DNA from: Monocercomonoides exilis PA203
Lineage: Eukaryota > Protista > Preaxostyla
NCBI GenBank assembly: GCA_001643675.2
Contig: LSRY02000029.1
Span: 744,001 to 808,000 of the forward strand
Length of the DNA stretch: 64,000 bases
Direction of reading: 5' to 3'
Below, in pieces: positions 11,451-24,454 of this stretch. Each line of letters starts with the position of its first letter. The stretch's first letter is position 1. Made by a program: the position numbers and the translations under genes. Under the pieces are notes generated by a model. That model had not been told where the DNA came from. It ran no database searches and saw only the letters and a program-made list of their open reading frames with translations.

Positions 11451-11460
11451 TACTAAACAA

Positions 11461-11532
11461 GTCCGCTTAGTATAGTCGGTAGAATATGAGACTGTCACTC
11501 TCATGGCCCGGGTTCAATTCCCAGAGTGGACG
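11461..11532 (+). tRNA. tRNA-Asp(GTC)
   Basis: Acceptor stem GTCCGCT/AGTGGAC; anticodon arm TGAGA-CT-GTC-AC-TCTCA; T-loop GGTTCAATTCC; discriminator G; downstream T-run. One mismatch each in the D- and T-stems. Confidence 0.85.
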
Positions 11533-12175
11533 AATTTTTTCGTTGTGAAAATAAAAAATTTTGAATAATAGCATTTGTGTTTGAAGAATTCGAAGTACAA
11601 TTATCACATTACATGATGAATGGATGGAGTTTTCAATAAATGAAAATTTTTTTCAATTTTTCAAAGTCTGTTGTTCAACAGAATTGTTGGAAAAATTTGT
11701 TTTTTCTTATTTTTATGTTTGAAAATAGGTTACAGGTTTTTTAATTTGTTTGTTTGCTTATTGAAGTTGTAATAATAATAGAAAATGTGCTTGTGCATTT
11801 TTTTGAAATTAATATTTGAATTGAATTTCTTTATTAAAATATAGAAGTTGGTGAACAATAAAAAAAAAAACAAAAAAAAAATGATAGAAAAAATATATTC
11901 TAAATAATTCTCCAAATTATTTTTTATGTGGCGAATGTGAAAAAAGTTTAAATAATTTCCAAGTGTTTATTTCAAAATTAATTGTGATAAAAGTCTTCAC
12001 AAAGAAAAAATATGAACATCAAATTGATAATTCTAACAGAAATATCAAAAAAATTCACTCCTCAATTCAATAAAAAAGTTTTTATCACAATTTTATGTTT
12101 CAAAGATAAATTCTGTGAAATGATCTTTTCTTCTGTCATTTAAAGGAACAGATCAAAACAGATCGTAGCAAATTA

Positions 12176-13744
12176 ATGGCACTTCCACCTAAACAATTGG
12201 AGGAACTGAAGGCATTTGTAGAACTTATAAAGCAACAACCTCAGATTTTGGATACCCCACAACTTAGCTTTTTCAAAGATTTCTTAATTTGTATGAAGAG
12301 ATCTTTCGGATATTTTTTGATTTTGTAAATTTGAATTGAAACATTTATTATAATTAGCATGGGGAGCAAAAATACCTTCACCACCACCAAAACCCAAATC
12401 TCAAGGTTTTATTTCATTCTTATTAAAATTTTTAAATAATAATATATATAATTATTTTTTATTTCGATTTATTAGAACCTCCAAAGGCTGAATCCGAACC
12501 TCGTCCAGAACCTATGAATGTCGAGGAAGAATCAGAAGAGTCGGAAGAATCCGAAGAAGAACCAGAAGAAGAAATTAAATTGGAAAATCCAGATCTTCCT
12601 ATTACCACTCCCAGCGAAGATGACGTACCAATTCATATTCCAGAGGAACCAGCAGAAGTTGATTATGAAAAAGTTGCAGAATTAAAGCAACAAGCCGTTG
12701 AAGCAAGAGAATCTGGTGACTTATCAAAAGCTCTTGATCTTATCACTCAAGTTATCAACTTGAACCCGAACTCAACAATTAACATTGGATTACGTGGGCA
12801 AATATTGCTTCAAATGAAAAGACCATTGGGAGCATTGTCCGACGGAGAAGAAGCAGTGAAGAGAAATCCCGATTCTGCAAAAGGATATCTTGTTAGAGGA
12901 AAAGCAAAAGCAATGCTGGGACAGTTTGTTGAAGCTTATCAAGATCTTGAGCAAGGTTTGCTTGCAATGTATTTTTTATGAGATACAAAACTCTTTATCA
13001 TTTTTGGTTTGATTACGACAAATTGATTAAATAATTACAGCACAAAGAATTGACTTTAATGAAGAAGTTGCAGAAAGTTCAAAGTTGCTTGAAAAAAAAG
13101 TTCAGTATTTGAGAGCAGTTGAAGGAAGAGAAAGAAGAAAAGCAGATGTTAAAGCAGCAAAAGAAAGAGCAAAGAAATTGAAGGAAAGAGAAAAGAGAAT
13201 CAAGGAAGCTCAAAGACAGAGGGAACAAGAAGAAAAAGAAGAGAGAGAGAGAAAAGCAAAGAAAGCCAGCGAAGCTGATGAATTTGACCCATCAATGTTT
13301 GCTGGAATGGGAGGAGGAATGCCAGGAGGCATGGGAGGCATGGGAGGAATGCCTGGAATGGGTGGTATGGGTGGAATGGGCGGTATGCCAGGAATGGGTG
13401 GTATGGGTGGTATGGGTGGAATGCCCGGAATGGGTGGAATGGGAGGAATGCCAGGAGGTGCACCAGGAGCAGGAGGTATGCCAAACATTGACATCAACGA
13501 TCCAGAGCTCCAGGCAGCATTGAATGACAAGGAGTTCAGAGATGCCATGAGCGATCCATCAAAGCTGATGGGACTGATGAGCAATCCAAAGTATTCGAAG
13601 GTTATGACGAAGCTGTTGGGAGCCATGGGAGGCATGGGCGGTGGCATGGGAGGAGGAATGCCCATGGGCGGAATGGGTGGAATGCCAGGGATGGGAGGAA
13701 TGGGAGGCATGGGTGGATTTCCTGGAATGGGAGGAGCTAAGTAA
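12176..13744 (+). CDS. ST13: Hsc70-interacting protein Hip (ST13); exons 12176-12290, 12358-12405, 12476-12955, 13041-13744
   Basis: N-terminal dimerisation motif (QLEELKAFVELIKQQPQILDTPQLSFFKDFL..WGAKIP), acidic region, TPR repeats, charged coil, GGMP repeats and C-terminal STI1/DP motif (NDPELQAALNDKEFRDAMSDP). GT-AG introns keep the frame. Confidence 0.93.
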
Positions 13745-14551
13745 ATCAAGAGTTGTGTCTGAGCACAAGCTCTTGACTTTACGTTCTTGTTATACAATCT
13801 TTGTTTTCTTCCTCGTAATAATCGGAATTATTAAAGCTCTATTTAAGCATTGGTTATTCCGAATTACTTATACTGTTATTCCTGTTTTTCTAAGTCTATA
13901 TCATACATCGTTTAATCATTCACTTACGTTTTATTATCAAACAGCTGAATGATAAGTCAATAATCAGTTTTTTCTTTTTAGTGAAAATCAAAATCTATTT
14001 CTTTACGAACATGTTTTCTTGTTTATTTCATATGCGGGAAAATTCAGAATTCGTTGTTTAATCAAAAGCAAAAATTGACGAGAGCTGTCAAAAAAACAAT
14101 CTCTTTTCTTTGAAAGTGGAAAAGATTATTACACATTAGTTGTGACTTTGAATATGCATCGGAATAAAAACTTTGAAATAAAAAAATTGGGGAATATATA
14201 AAAAAGATAAAAAAGTTTGTCTCATCAGAATAAAAACACAAGTACATTAAAGTAATTTTGTTTTTGTGATGACGAATAGCAGATGAGTTCTGTAAGAGAA
14301 AGAATATATACCTTCCAAGAAAACAGATTATATTTAAGAAGACAAAAACAGAAAATGGAAAAGCACCTCACATATTCGAAATATACGCAACGGACATTTA
14401 AAAATATTACATTACACAAGAATAAATAATATGTTAAAATGGGCAATGCATCTTTTAATCGCCCTATTTCAATTAAACCATTGTCCGCAAAATCTATTAA
14501 AAAAAAAAAAATAGAAAAATTCCAAATATATCAGAGGTAATATATAAAAAT

Positions 14552-15473
14552 TTAACTGCACACTTGAATGAAGAATACAAGGATCAATATAAATAAAATA
14601 AGTATAACAGGCGGTAAATAAACCGTCAATGCCATTGGGAAGCTACAATTAGAAAATAATGATAAAAAAGGTAAGCAATCATCAAAAAGAGAATATTTGT
14701 AAAGTGAATATTTAATTAATACCTGGGCCATGAACCTTTCTTTGCAAAAGTCCAAAGTAACTTTCGAGGAGTGTATTTAACTTCCGTTTGATAATCATTA
14801 AGGCATTCACACACATGGTGCCAGCTGTTGCACTTTGTCCATGACATTTTCCTGTGAATAAAGGCTTGGCTTGCAGTTTCAATTGCTTTATCCCATTGCA
14901 CCGGGATTGCACGACTTTCATAAATTAAATTTTCTTGCTGTTCAGCTTCCTCCAGCTCAGCATTTTTTGGTGGCTTTTGCTTTGGATAATATCTCCAAAT
15001 TCTATTCAAAATTAAAACAAAAACATCATAAACAATTTTCCTCATTTAAGTCGAATAAAGAATACTTCATTGGCCTTCCATATTGCATATGGTTTATCTT
15101 ATTAAGTCAAATAGAATTTGTTTGTTTTATATTTGAAAATGTAATTATTTAAAAATAGGTTGAAAAAGAAAAGAAATGCAAAGCATACTCCAACTTTATC
15201 TGTCTTTTGAAAATCCCATATACGTCCCTGACTATCGCATATACCAACATGTCCCAAGATAGGCACCAACCAAGAAATTACTGGTATTGCATTCCACACA
15301 ATTCCAAAAGGAAATCTATCCTTGTTGCCATTTTCTCTTTCAAGAAAATCTGAAAGCGTTTCTGGTTCTTGATAAGCTTCTTCTGCATTAGCTTCTTGTC
15401 CATCACTCAGTCGCTGCTGATCTTGCAATTCTGTCTGTGAATCTTGTTTTGTATCGTCTTCCAAAGAAGTCAT
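14552..15473 (-). CDS. TMEM222: TMEM222/RTE1-like (DUF778) membrane protein, 4 exons
   Basis: Motifs RFPFGIVWNAIPVISWLVPILGHVGICDSQGRIWDF and WDKAI...CNSWHHVCECLN. Hydrophobic C-terminal exon ends at TAA 14552. Confidence 0.85.
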
Positions 15474-16460
15474 TTCTAATGGTTCACTTTGATCTTTCTT
15501 TGAAAAAATTTTGTGTGGCTATTTTTTAGAACTTGCAATCAGAATAAATAAAATACATTTGATATTTAATTAATTATAAGCTTAAATGTTCAACTTACAG
15601 AATAAAGCAGAAAAATTCTCAAAACTTTATTAAAAAATGTGGTAAATTTCAATATTAAACTTTATAAATAGGAATCACTCAAATGTTTGATCAACGAATT
15701 ACATGAGCAAACATGAAAAATCTGATAATATTGTATAAACGCTAAATGTGCCAAACAATAAACATTCCAGAAAATGTGGGCACTTTAAAACAAATCATTT
15801 CAACATTTTGAAAAAATGAAGTTACATATTCACAACAAAATTAAAATTGCGCTAATAGAATAATAAAACTTCAAATCAACGAAAAAATAAAGAAAAAAAA
15901 AAAGAATAGAACAGGAAGCACCAACAACTTGACATCCGGCCATTCAACTAGCTTCGCCAAGAGCGTTTGTGATAAAATTATCAAATTGATAATGAACAAG
16001 AAAAAGAAACATAAACAATAAACAACTATTCGCAGAATAAAAGGCTTAATAACAATTTCTACGTGCTAATAAACTATACAGAACACGATAAGAAAAAGTG
16101 TAAAATGAAATGAAATGAAAATATTAATATCAAGTAAAGAACGAACAAAAGAAACAATTCATATCAAAAAAATCAATTTTTATTAAAGAAATGAAAACTC
16201 CTTTCAAATAATATTGCTGAATTTCCTTGAAATTTTTGTAATAATATTCATAATATATCAAGGCAGTAACTATTGAAAGCCAATTGTTACAACTCTCCTT
16301 TATTCACAAAAAACAAACAATAATAAATAAATAAATAAAATAAGCTTTATAACATTTTTTACAGAGGAATCACATTATTTTCTCGATTCAAATTTTCAAT
16401 AATTTTCCTTTTCTTTCATTAATATCTTTCATAAAAATCTCCAAAGTCATTCTCTTTTTC

Positions 16461-19400
16461 TCATCCTTCCTCAACCAAAGCAGCTGGTCCATTGACAGGC
16501 AAAGTGCCATTGCGGTTTGAACAACCAGATTCATTTATTGTCACTTCAGACTTGTTTGAGTTTGTGTGTTGCTGATTGTTGAATTCTTCATTGTCCTCAT
16601 TGTCAGCTCCATTATTCACTTGACCATTCAATCTAACTGCGGAATTTTCACTTTTGCCCTGCTCCAACAAATAATTGTTAGCTGAATTGTTGTCTGTTTC
16701 TGCTTCAATTGTTTCGTTTTTTCTTGAAAATTCATTCCTTTGTATCGATTGCATTTCTTCTTCATTCACAAAATCAACGTTTTCTCCACCATGTTTTCTT
16801 CTTTCTGTAAGCTTCTCATTTAAACCTTCCTCCTCTTCATATCCATTTTTGATATTTTCCTCAAAGTCATCTGTAACATCTTTTCCATTTTTGTGAACAT
16901 AATCTGTTTCCATTGTGTTTTCGCTTCTTTCTCTTCCTTTTCTGACATTTGCACGTTTTTGACTGAAATGTTCATTCCATCGATAATCAGCAGGTTCTGT
17001 GTAATGATTGATCACAACAATTGGATGCCTGCCATTCTGCTCATTCAATCGCCTTTGCAATGCCCTTCTGCTCAATCTTTCATCTGATTGCCTATAAAAC
17101 CTTCTTCCATTCTCTTGTCGGTTATGTTCGTTTGACACATGCTTTCTTTGTCTCGGTTCATTTTGTGAGTCTTTCATGCTACTTCCTTTTCTTCCTCTTC
17201 TTCTTCTTCTTCCATCATCTTCCCTGTTTGTGTCTCGAAATATTTGCATTTTTCTTCTTCTTTTGTGACTGTTGGGAATACTTACAAATTTAAGTTCTTT
17301 TTCATCTGATGAATTTTCAGTTATTCCATCATTGATATCATCCGTCATTGTTCCATATTCATCCAAATCTTCCCTGTCATCCAAATGTCTCAGATGGAAT
17401 TCATCCCATTCAACTCCATTTTCATTCCCGACACTTTCATCATCATCATCACCTTCACTAAACACTCTCTTTTCTCTGTTTCCATTCAAACACTTCCCTT
17501 TTTTGATATCTTCCCAGTATTTATCATCGCTCTGTTCATCCTTCTTATTCCTTCCAACACTTCCTCTTCTCCTCCTTCTTCCTTCATCTTTGCCTGCCTC
17601 AACTTCCATTTCTTTCTCATAACCTTCCCAATCACTCTCTCCATAATCACCATCATACAACACTCTTTTCATGCCCTTCCCTTCTCTCTTGTCTGGATAT
17701 TTTCCAGAAACATATTCCCTTCTCCTCCCTCTTCTCCTGTTCCATTCAATCTGCATCATAATCTGCATCTGTCTCTCTTCAACTTCTGCAACTGACGATT
17801 TCAGTGAAGACAGCGCTGACTGCACAACACAAACAGACAGAAGAAGAATGAGACAAGAAAGCACAAGCAGCACAACAGGCAAAGAAAGGCTGTTTGGAGA
17901 AGGGATAAAACGAGTCAGCGAAAGTTGGGAGAAAAAGGAGAAGGAAGGAAAAGGGATGCTTTTCAATGGGCTCAGAAGTGACTTGATGTGGATGAGTGAC
18001 GAAGTGAATAGAGAAGAAGGAAAAGAAGAAGAAGAAGAAGACAAAGATGGTACAGATGAGGAAGAAGAGGAAGAGGAAGAGGAAGAGGAAGCAAAAAACT
18101 GTTCAGAAGAAGAAGAAGAAGAAGGATTATGAAGAGCAGATTCGAGTTGAGTGGATGTTTGTGAACGTGCAGGCGCAGAAAGAGAAGGCAGTTGGAGTGA
18201 AGAAAGTGCGAGTGATGTTGTGCCCGTTGCAGAAGCAAACACATCACACCCCAAATTCTGCTGCTGAATGGACGGAATTTGGTGAAGCAGAGCCATGTCA
18301 CTTGAATTGTTATTGTTCAACGAATTCATTTCATTGTTCATCTGCTGTTGATTCCGTTGATTCTGTTGAAGTTGTTGGGTCATTTGAGTCATTTGAGTCA
18401 TTTGAGGCTGTTGAATGGCAGATGGGGTTTCCAAAGGCACAAAAGGTGCTTCTCGTGCAGCATTCACCATCACATTCAGCAGATTTGTCATCGACTCCTT
18501 CACCTTCGTCTGTGACAGCTTGACAACAACTCCTTTCATCAGAAACGACTTCACTATCACAATCTCATACGAACACTCCACTTTCAATGAATGCATATTT
18601 TGTGCATTGTTATTGCTATTATTACTATTATTATTATTAATGCCATTACAGCTCATACTACCTGAGTTATCCTCTCTCTGCCCACCCACATCTTCCACTC
18701 TGAATCGTGCTCTGTTGTAGAAGTTAGCAGCATATGGCACATCCAACGTCCTCACCTCAACATCACAGACAAAACAGGATGGAGAAGAAACATACAAAAT
18801 GTGCTTCTCTTCCACACGCGATTCCTTTGGGCCCATTGACACATTTGGGTGGATGCTGTAGCGGAGAAGGCGAGTGAAGCAGTGAGGAAGAGAAGAAGGA
18901 GAAGAAGAGGCTGAAGCAGAAGACACAGCAGGTTCTATAGGCTTCCAGTCCCACTCATTCAGCTGATTAGCTGAAGAAGAAGAAGAAGAAATAGATGCAC
19001 AAACAGCAGCCAAGTCTTCCCTTTCAGCAGAAACAGGGAATTTCATGTCAAATCCATCTGCGTGTGTTGTCAAATAGCGTGCCATTGTGTTCAAAGAAAG
19101 CGAATGCAGGAAGAAATGCAAAGCAGAACAAGGAATATTCTGAGAAGGAGAAGGAAGACGAGTTTCGAAGGATTCGATTGGAATGGGAAAGGAAGAAAGA
19201 TGGGCAGAGGAGAAAGAAGAAGACTCTGGGTGATAAGGAAGGAGGAAGAGGTGGAAGGGAGAAGAAGGAGGAGGGAGAGGAGGAATATGTTGGTTGTTAT
19301 TTGTGTTTGAAGAAGAAGCAGAAGAAGAAGCAGATTGAGGTGATGATTGCATTAGAGTATTGTTAGTATCAATAGAAGAGCAATTGAGAGAGAGCTGATT

Positions 19401-19791
19401 CTGTTGGTGGAGCAGTTGATTGTTCTGCTGAAGAACTTGTATGGCAGATGAGGTTGGAGCAGTGAATGAAGAAGAAGAAGAAGAAGATGATGATGATGAT
19501 GAAGCAGATGCTGAGCGTATTTCGCGAGGAGACGCCGGCAAAGAAGCAGTTTGTGGCACCAATCGAAATGTTATTGCTTCGTCGTCGCTGTTTGCGCGCT
19601 CAGCAGAATTGTTCCTTTTTCTCTGTTTGGAAGAAGAGCGGGAGGGAAGATGCTGGTTGGAGGAAGAAGGAGAGAGAGAGACGACTTTGGAGAAGAAAGG
19701 AGAAGAAGGAGGGATGAACGGATGGTCGACAGAGGAGGAGATGGAGGCAAAGGCAGGTGGAATGATGGAGAGAGAAGAAGAGGGGGAAGAG

Positions 19792-19822
<31 letters not shown>

Positions 19823-22800
19823 TAGTGGAAGAAGAGGATGAATTCAAATTATTTGCAGAAGAAGTCTGGAGTGGTTCGAAGGAGGAAAAAGAAGAAGATA
19901 TTTTTGTGTTAGCCAAACGTGAATGATCAAGAAGATTTTGTGTTGAAGAAGAAGAAGAAGAAGAAGAAGAATTTGGAGGCAAAGGAGGAAGAGGAATTTT
20001 AGCTTTAGAAGCCTTTCTACGCAGTTTTGCAGAGGAAGGAGAAGAGAAAGAGGAGAAAGAGGAAAGAGAAGCAGAAGAGGCAGGTGAAGGTTCAAATAAG
20101 AGGTTATTATTATTATTATTATTTGTGTCTGTTTTTCCATCAGAAGAAGAAGATGGAGTGATGGCAGATGGAGAGGAGGAAGGAGGAGAAGATGAAACAG
20201 GAGAAGAAGAAAAGGAAGAAAAGGAAGAGGAAGAGGAAGAGGATGCTGAAGAAGCAGAAGAAGGATAAGAATTCTGTTTGTGTGTTGAAAGCAGATGCAG
20301 AGAGAGTGTGGGTGGGGGAGTATTCATCTTTGCTGCTGCTTTGCTCTCAAAAGGTGTTAGTGAAGAAGAAGAAGATGATGATGATGATGATGATTGATGA
20401 GGAGAAGATTGAAGAGGAGAAGAAGAAGAATTAGAAGAGGGATGAGGTATAAGAGCACCGTAGCTGAGTGGAGTTGGTTCAGGCGAAGGGATCTGAATAG
20501 AGTCAGAAGGAGAAGACAAAGAAGATGTTGATGTTTGAGCAGTGATGATGTTTGTGGGATTATTTTGACATGTTTCATTTGACATGTCATTTTGCTGTGT
20601 CTTTTGGATGATTGCAGTTCCATTTGGAGTATTCATTGATGTCTCAATGAATTGCTCACTCTCTTCTCCTCTTTCTCCTCTTTCTCTTCTGCTGTTCTGT
20701 CTCGTTCCATCTGCATACTGTGAAGGTGACATCAAATCCTTCTGATTTTGATTCACTTTTAATTCTCTGTCTTTCTCTTCTTTGTGCTTCTCTTCAATAC
20801 TCTGTGATGTCAGTGCTATTGGGATAAGAGCAATGTCATCTGAATTTTGTGGCTTTATTTCATTTTGTGTGTTTGTTCTGTTAATTTTCCTTGCCAGCTG
20901 GCTTTGTGACTGAGAAGAAGGTATGTTGGTGTGCGGATGCGACAAGGAAGGAGAAGGAAGAGGACTGCTTTGAATTGCAGAGGCAGAAGAGGAAGAAGAG
21001 GAAGAGGAAGAAGAAGAAGTTGATGATGATGAAGTTGATGCTTGAGATGCAAAAGGAGCACCCACAATGAAGAAAGGAGGTGGGGAGAGAGATCTTGTGC
21101 TCCGAGTCTTTTCTTCATCTCCTTCTTTCCCATTCAGCTGATGTTGTTGCTGTTTCTGCTTCATCTGCTTATCTTGTTCTTGTTCTTGTCTTTGTTCTTG
21201 TTCTTGTTGATAATCATTATGATGATGATGATGATGATGAGAGCGATGATGCGAATGAATGGAACGAGTGGAGTTATCAGAATGAATGGAATGATTGGAA
21301 TGAACAGAAAGATGCTGATTGTGTGGTGATTGTGAGGGAGATGAGCGAATTCTGTCTGAATGAGTGGAATTCTGCTGGCTTGTCTGTTTGGTGTGATGTG
21401 GCTTGCTCAGCTGATTCTGATTGGTTTGTGGTGATGTGATGTCTGAGAGAGAGAAAGAAGGAGAAGAAGAGAGATGAGAAAGATGAGAAAAGTGAGAGAG
21501 ATGTGAGTGTGTGTTTGGCGAACTGTTGAGGAGTAATTGAGAAGAGAGTGGAGGAGATAAAGAAGAAGAAGGGGATGAGGAAGAAGAAGAGGAGGAAAAA
21601 GAAGAAGAAGAAGAAGACAATAATGCCAATGAACTGTCTGCTTTCTGCTGCAATGGCAGATGAGGAGAGAAGGAAAAGTCAGACGTGGATGAAATGTTGA
21701 AAGATAGAGTAAGATGAGCATCTTGTTCAGTTGTTGTCTTTCTGTCCTTGTTTTTGCTGTGAGATTCGTCAAAACTGCCAGTTTTTTCTTCTTCTTCCTC
21801 CTCTTCCTCGTCCTCTTCGTACCCTTCTTCATAATCCTCGTCTTCCTCGTCTTCTTCATCTTCTTCCTCCTTCTTTTCTTCCTTCTCTTCCTCCTCTCCC
21901 CTTCCACTTCTTCTGTCATTCTTTGTCTTCTCCTCATTCCTCCCTCTGTCTTCTTCAAACACTCCAACCTCTGAAAGAGACAGAGATGATCTTCCTTCAT
22001 TTGAGAAGGGTGTGTCTCTAATTGAATCTTCTCCCTTCCTCTCGCTTGCCTCTTCTTGTTCTCCTTCTCTCTTTTGGCTGGTTGGTTGTTCTGATGTTGT
22101 TTGTTTGTCAGTTGTATTTGGCTTTCCTTCTCCTCTACTTCTTCCTTTTTCGTTATCATCTTCATCTTTTTGTTTCCCTTTGCTTTCACTCAATTTTTCA
22201 TCTGCTTCTGGTGAGCCCTTCTTCTTCTCCTTCTCCTTCTCCTTCTCCTTCTCTTTCTCTTTCTTCTTCTCATTCTTCAGTCTTTCCCTGATCGCTTTCT
22301 CTCTCTCCTTCTCGCTCATCTGCCTCAGCTGCTTCTCAAACTCCTTCTCCAGTTCATTCATCTCCTCTTCTGTTTTGCTGAGCCCTTTCTTCCCCATCAG
22401 TGCAAACAGAGCAAACGGGTTCTCACACACAAACGGACTACGCTTCTTCCCTTTCGACACATCTACACTCACAAAACTGCTCTCTTTCCCTTTCTCTTTG
22501 CTTGTGTTGTTATTCTCCTTCTCCTTCTCTTTCTCTTTCTCTTTCTCCTTCTCTTCCTTTGGCAATCGATCCTCTTTGTTCTTCCTCTCAATTTCTGCCA
22601 GTTCTTTTTCTGTCAAACCAGCTCTTGTTGGCTGAGGACGCTCCAACTGCACATTTGCAATATTGGTTTGTTCTGTTTCAGCATCTGTCTTTGCTTCTTC
22701 ATTGTTTCTAAGCTGTTCATTGCTTGACTGATTCTGCACAACCTCCTTCGAATTCCTCCTTTGCGCAGCATTTTCTCCTTCTTTGCTGCTCCTTTTCTGT

Positions 22801-24136
22801 TCTTTCTTCTCTGCTTCGTTCGAATCGCTCTTTGTCTCATTCTCGTGTGTTCTGTCGTTCATTGTTGTTGTGCTGCTATCTGCTTGTTTCTTCGACTGCC
22901 TCGTTTTTGTGTGTGTTTGTGTGCTGCCGGCGGGCGAGAGTGAAGGGCTCTGCGAACTCAATGACGCATTCAATGGACTGCTCAGCAGGCTGCTCAATGA
23001 GCCATTCGACGATGCAATTGATGGAGAAGAAGAAGGAGAAGAGGACGATGATGAGGAAGAAGACGATGATGAGAATGAGTTCTGCTTCTGCCGCAGATTC
23101 TCCTGTCTTCTCTTCTGGTCATACTGCATGAGCAGCTTTGCCCTCATCTTCCCGATTTCTTTCTCCCTCTCTCTTTTCTCCTCTTCTGAGAGCAGCTCTT
23201 CAACATCTGAATGGACTTCCCTCTGAGCCAGTGGCAGGTACTTCTGCGAGGCAGACAGCGAATCCTTCTCACTCGGAGAAGATGATGATGGAACAGCAGG
23301 TGGAGATACGGTGGAGAAAGAGGAAGGAGTCGTGGCAATTGATGAGTCACACGGCGAGCGCCGGGAGATGCCTGTTGCAGAGGCTGGCTCAACTTGGGAT
23401 GAGAATGTTGTGACTGAAGATGAATGAGCAATGGGATTCTGCTGCTTGGGGCGAGAAGAGGAAGGAAATTCAAGTTGCGATTGAGTCTTTGTGGATAAGA
23501 AACTATCTGTCGCTGGTGGCGAAGATGATGTGATTGCTGGTGAATGTGTTCTATTTGATTGAAATGTTTTGTGAATATCTGTGCTTTGCGAAACTGAACT
23601 GTTAACTGAAGTTGCTTGTGTTGCAATAGCCGCATGTTTAGGGAAAGGAAAGGGAATGGGAGTTGACCTAAGCGATTCTGGAGTTGGAGTTTCTGCATCT
23701 GCATAAGGATTTTCAAATGCTGGAATTCGACGAGATGAAATAGGAACAAATAATGTTGGGGTTTGCTGTGATTTTTTCTCTCCAAGTTGCGAAAGAGGAA
23801 TGCGTGAAACAACAACTTTTGGATCAACTACAGTTTCAAAGGATAGCTCCTATTTAAAAAACAAAAAAAATGATAAAAGTGACGCACCAAATTGATTGTA
23901 AAATAACAGACGTTTTTTTGCGTTTTGATGATAATTCCTTGCTTTCCATTACCATCGTTATAATCCGTAATTGATATCATTGATGTTATAGGAATTCCTA
24001 TTCCATCTGAAGGATTTGATGAACGGACAAGCAGGACATGTGAAGAGAACACAAAAAGTGTGCCAAATGAAGAATCACTGGATTGCTCTCGTGCTTCAAA
24101 TGTTGTTATTAATTGACAATCTTTCTTCAATCCAAA
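16461..24136 (-). CDS. Giant (>2,500 aa) GRAM/PH-like + VASt + transmembrane protein (LAM/GRAMD1/Aster family); 5' end uncertain
   Basis: Exon 23888-24136 is GRAM-like (GTLFVFSSHVLL...IPITSMISI). A 38-nt intron (23850-23887) joins it in frame to 16461-23849. VASt signature VRTLDVPYAANFYNRARFRVE...KSFLMKGVV. TM helix LPVVLLVLSCLILLLSVCVV followed by a coil. Confidence 0.75.
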
Positions 24137-24454
24137 CTAAAATTTCAATGTCAAATGTGAGCAAACACATTGGAAAAGTTTAGAAAATGTATATTTAAAA
24201 GATAAGAAATTTTGACAATAATGTCAATGCCTAGGTTGAAAGAATTGTTAAAAAGTGTCAAACAGATTCCAGTGAAATGTCCGAAAGAGTTAAAAGTTTC
24301 ATTATAAGTGTCAGGAGAAAAATGACCAAATAATGAAAAAACAAAAAATTATGGTTATAAAAATTTTATTCTTGAAAATTTTAACTTGAAATGGTGCTAA
24401 ATATCATACGAAATGATATAGACAATTAAAATTTCCAAAACAAAAACAAATTAG

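Noticed and set aside
15910-15970. Small GC-richer island in an AT-rich intergenic region (possible ncRNA)
   Set aside because: No convincing stem structure or snoRNA/snRNA box motifs by eye.
16675-23413. Numerous antisense and alternative-frame ORFs over the giant gene (likewise at 42-54 kb)
   Set aside because: Shadows of trinucleotide low-complexity coding sequence (poly-Ser on one strand reads as poly-Glu/Lys/Arg on the other).
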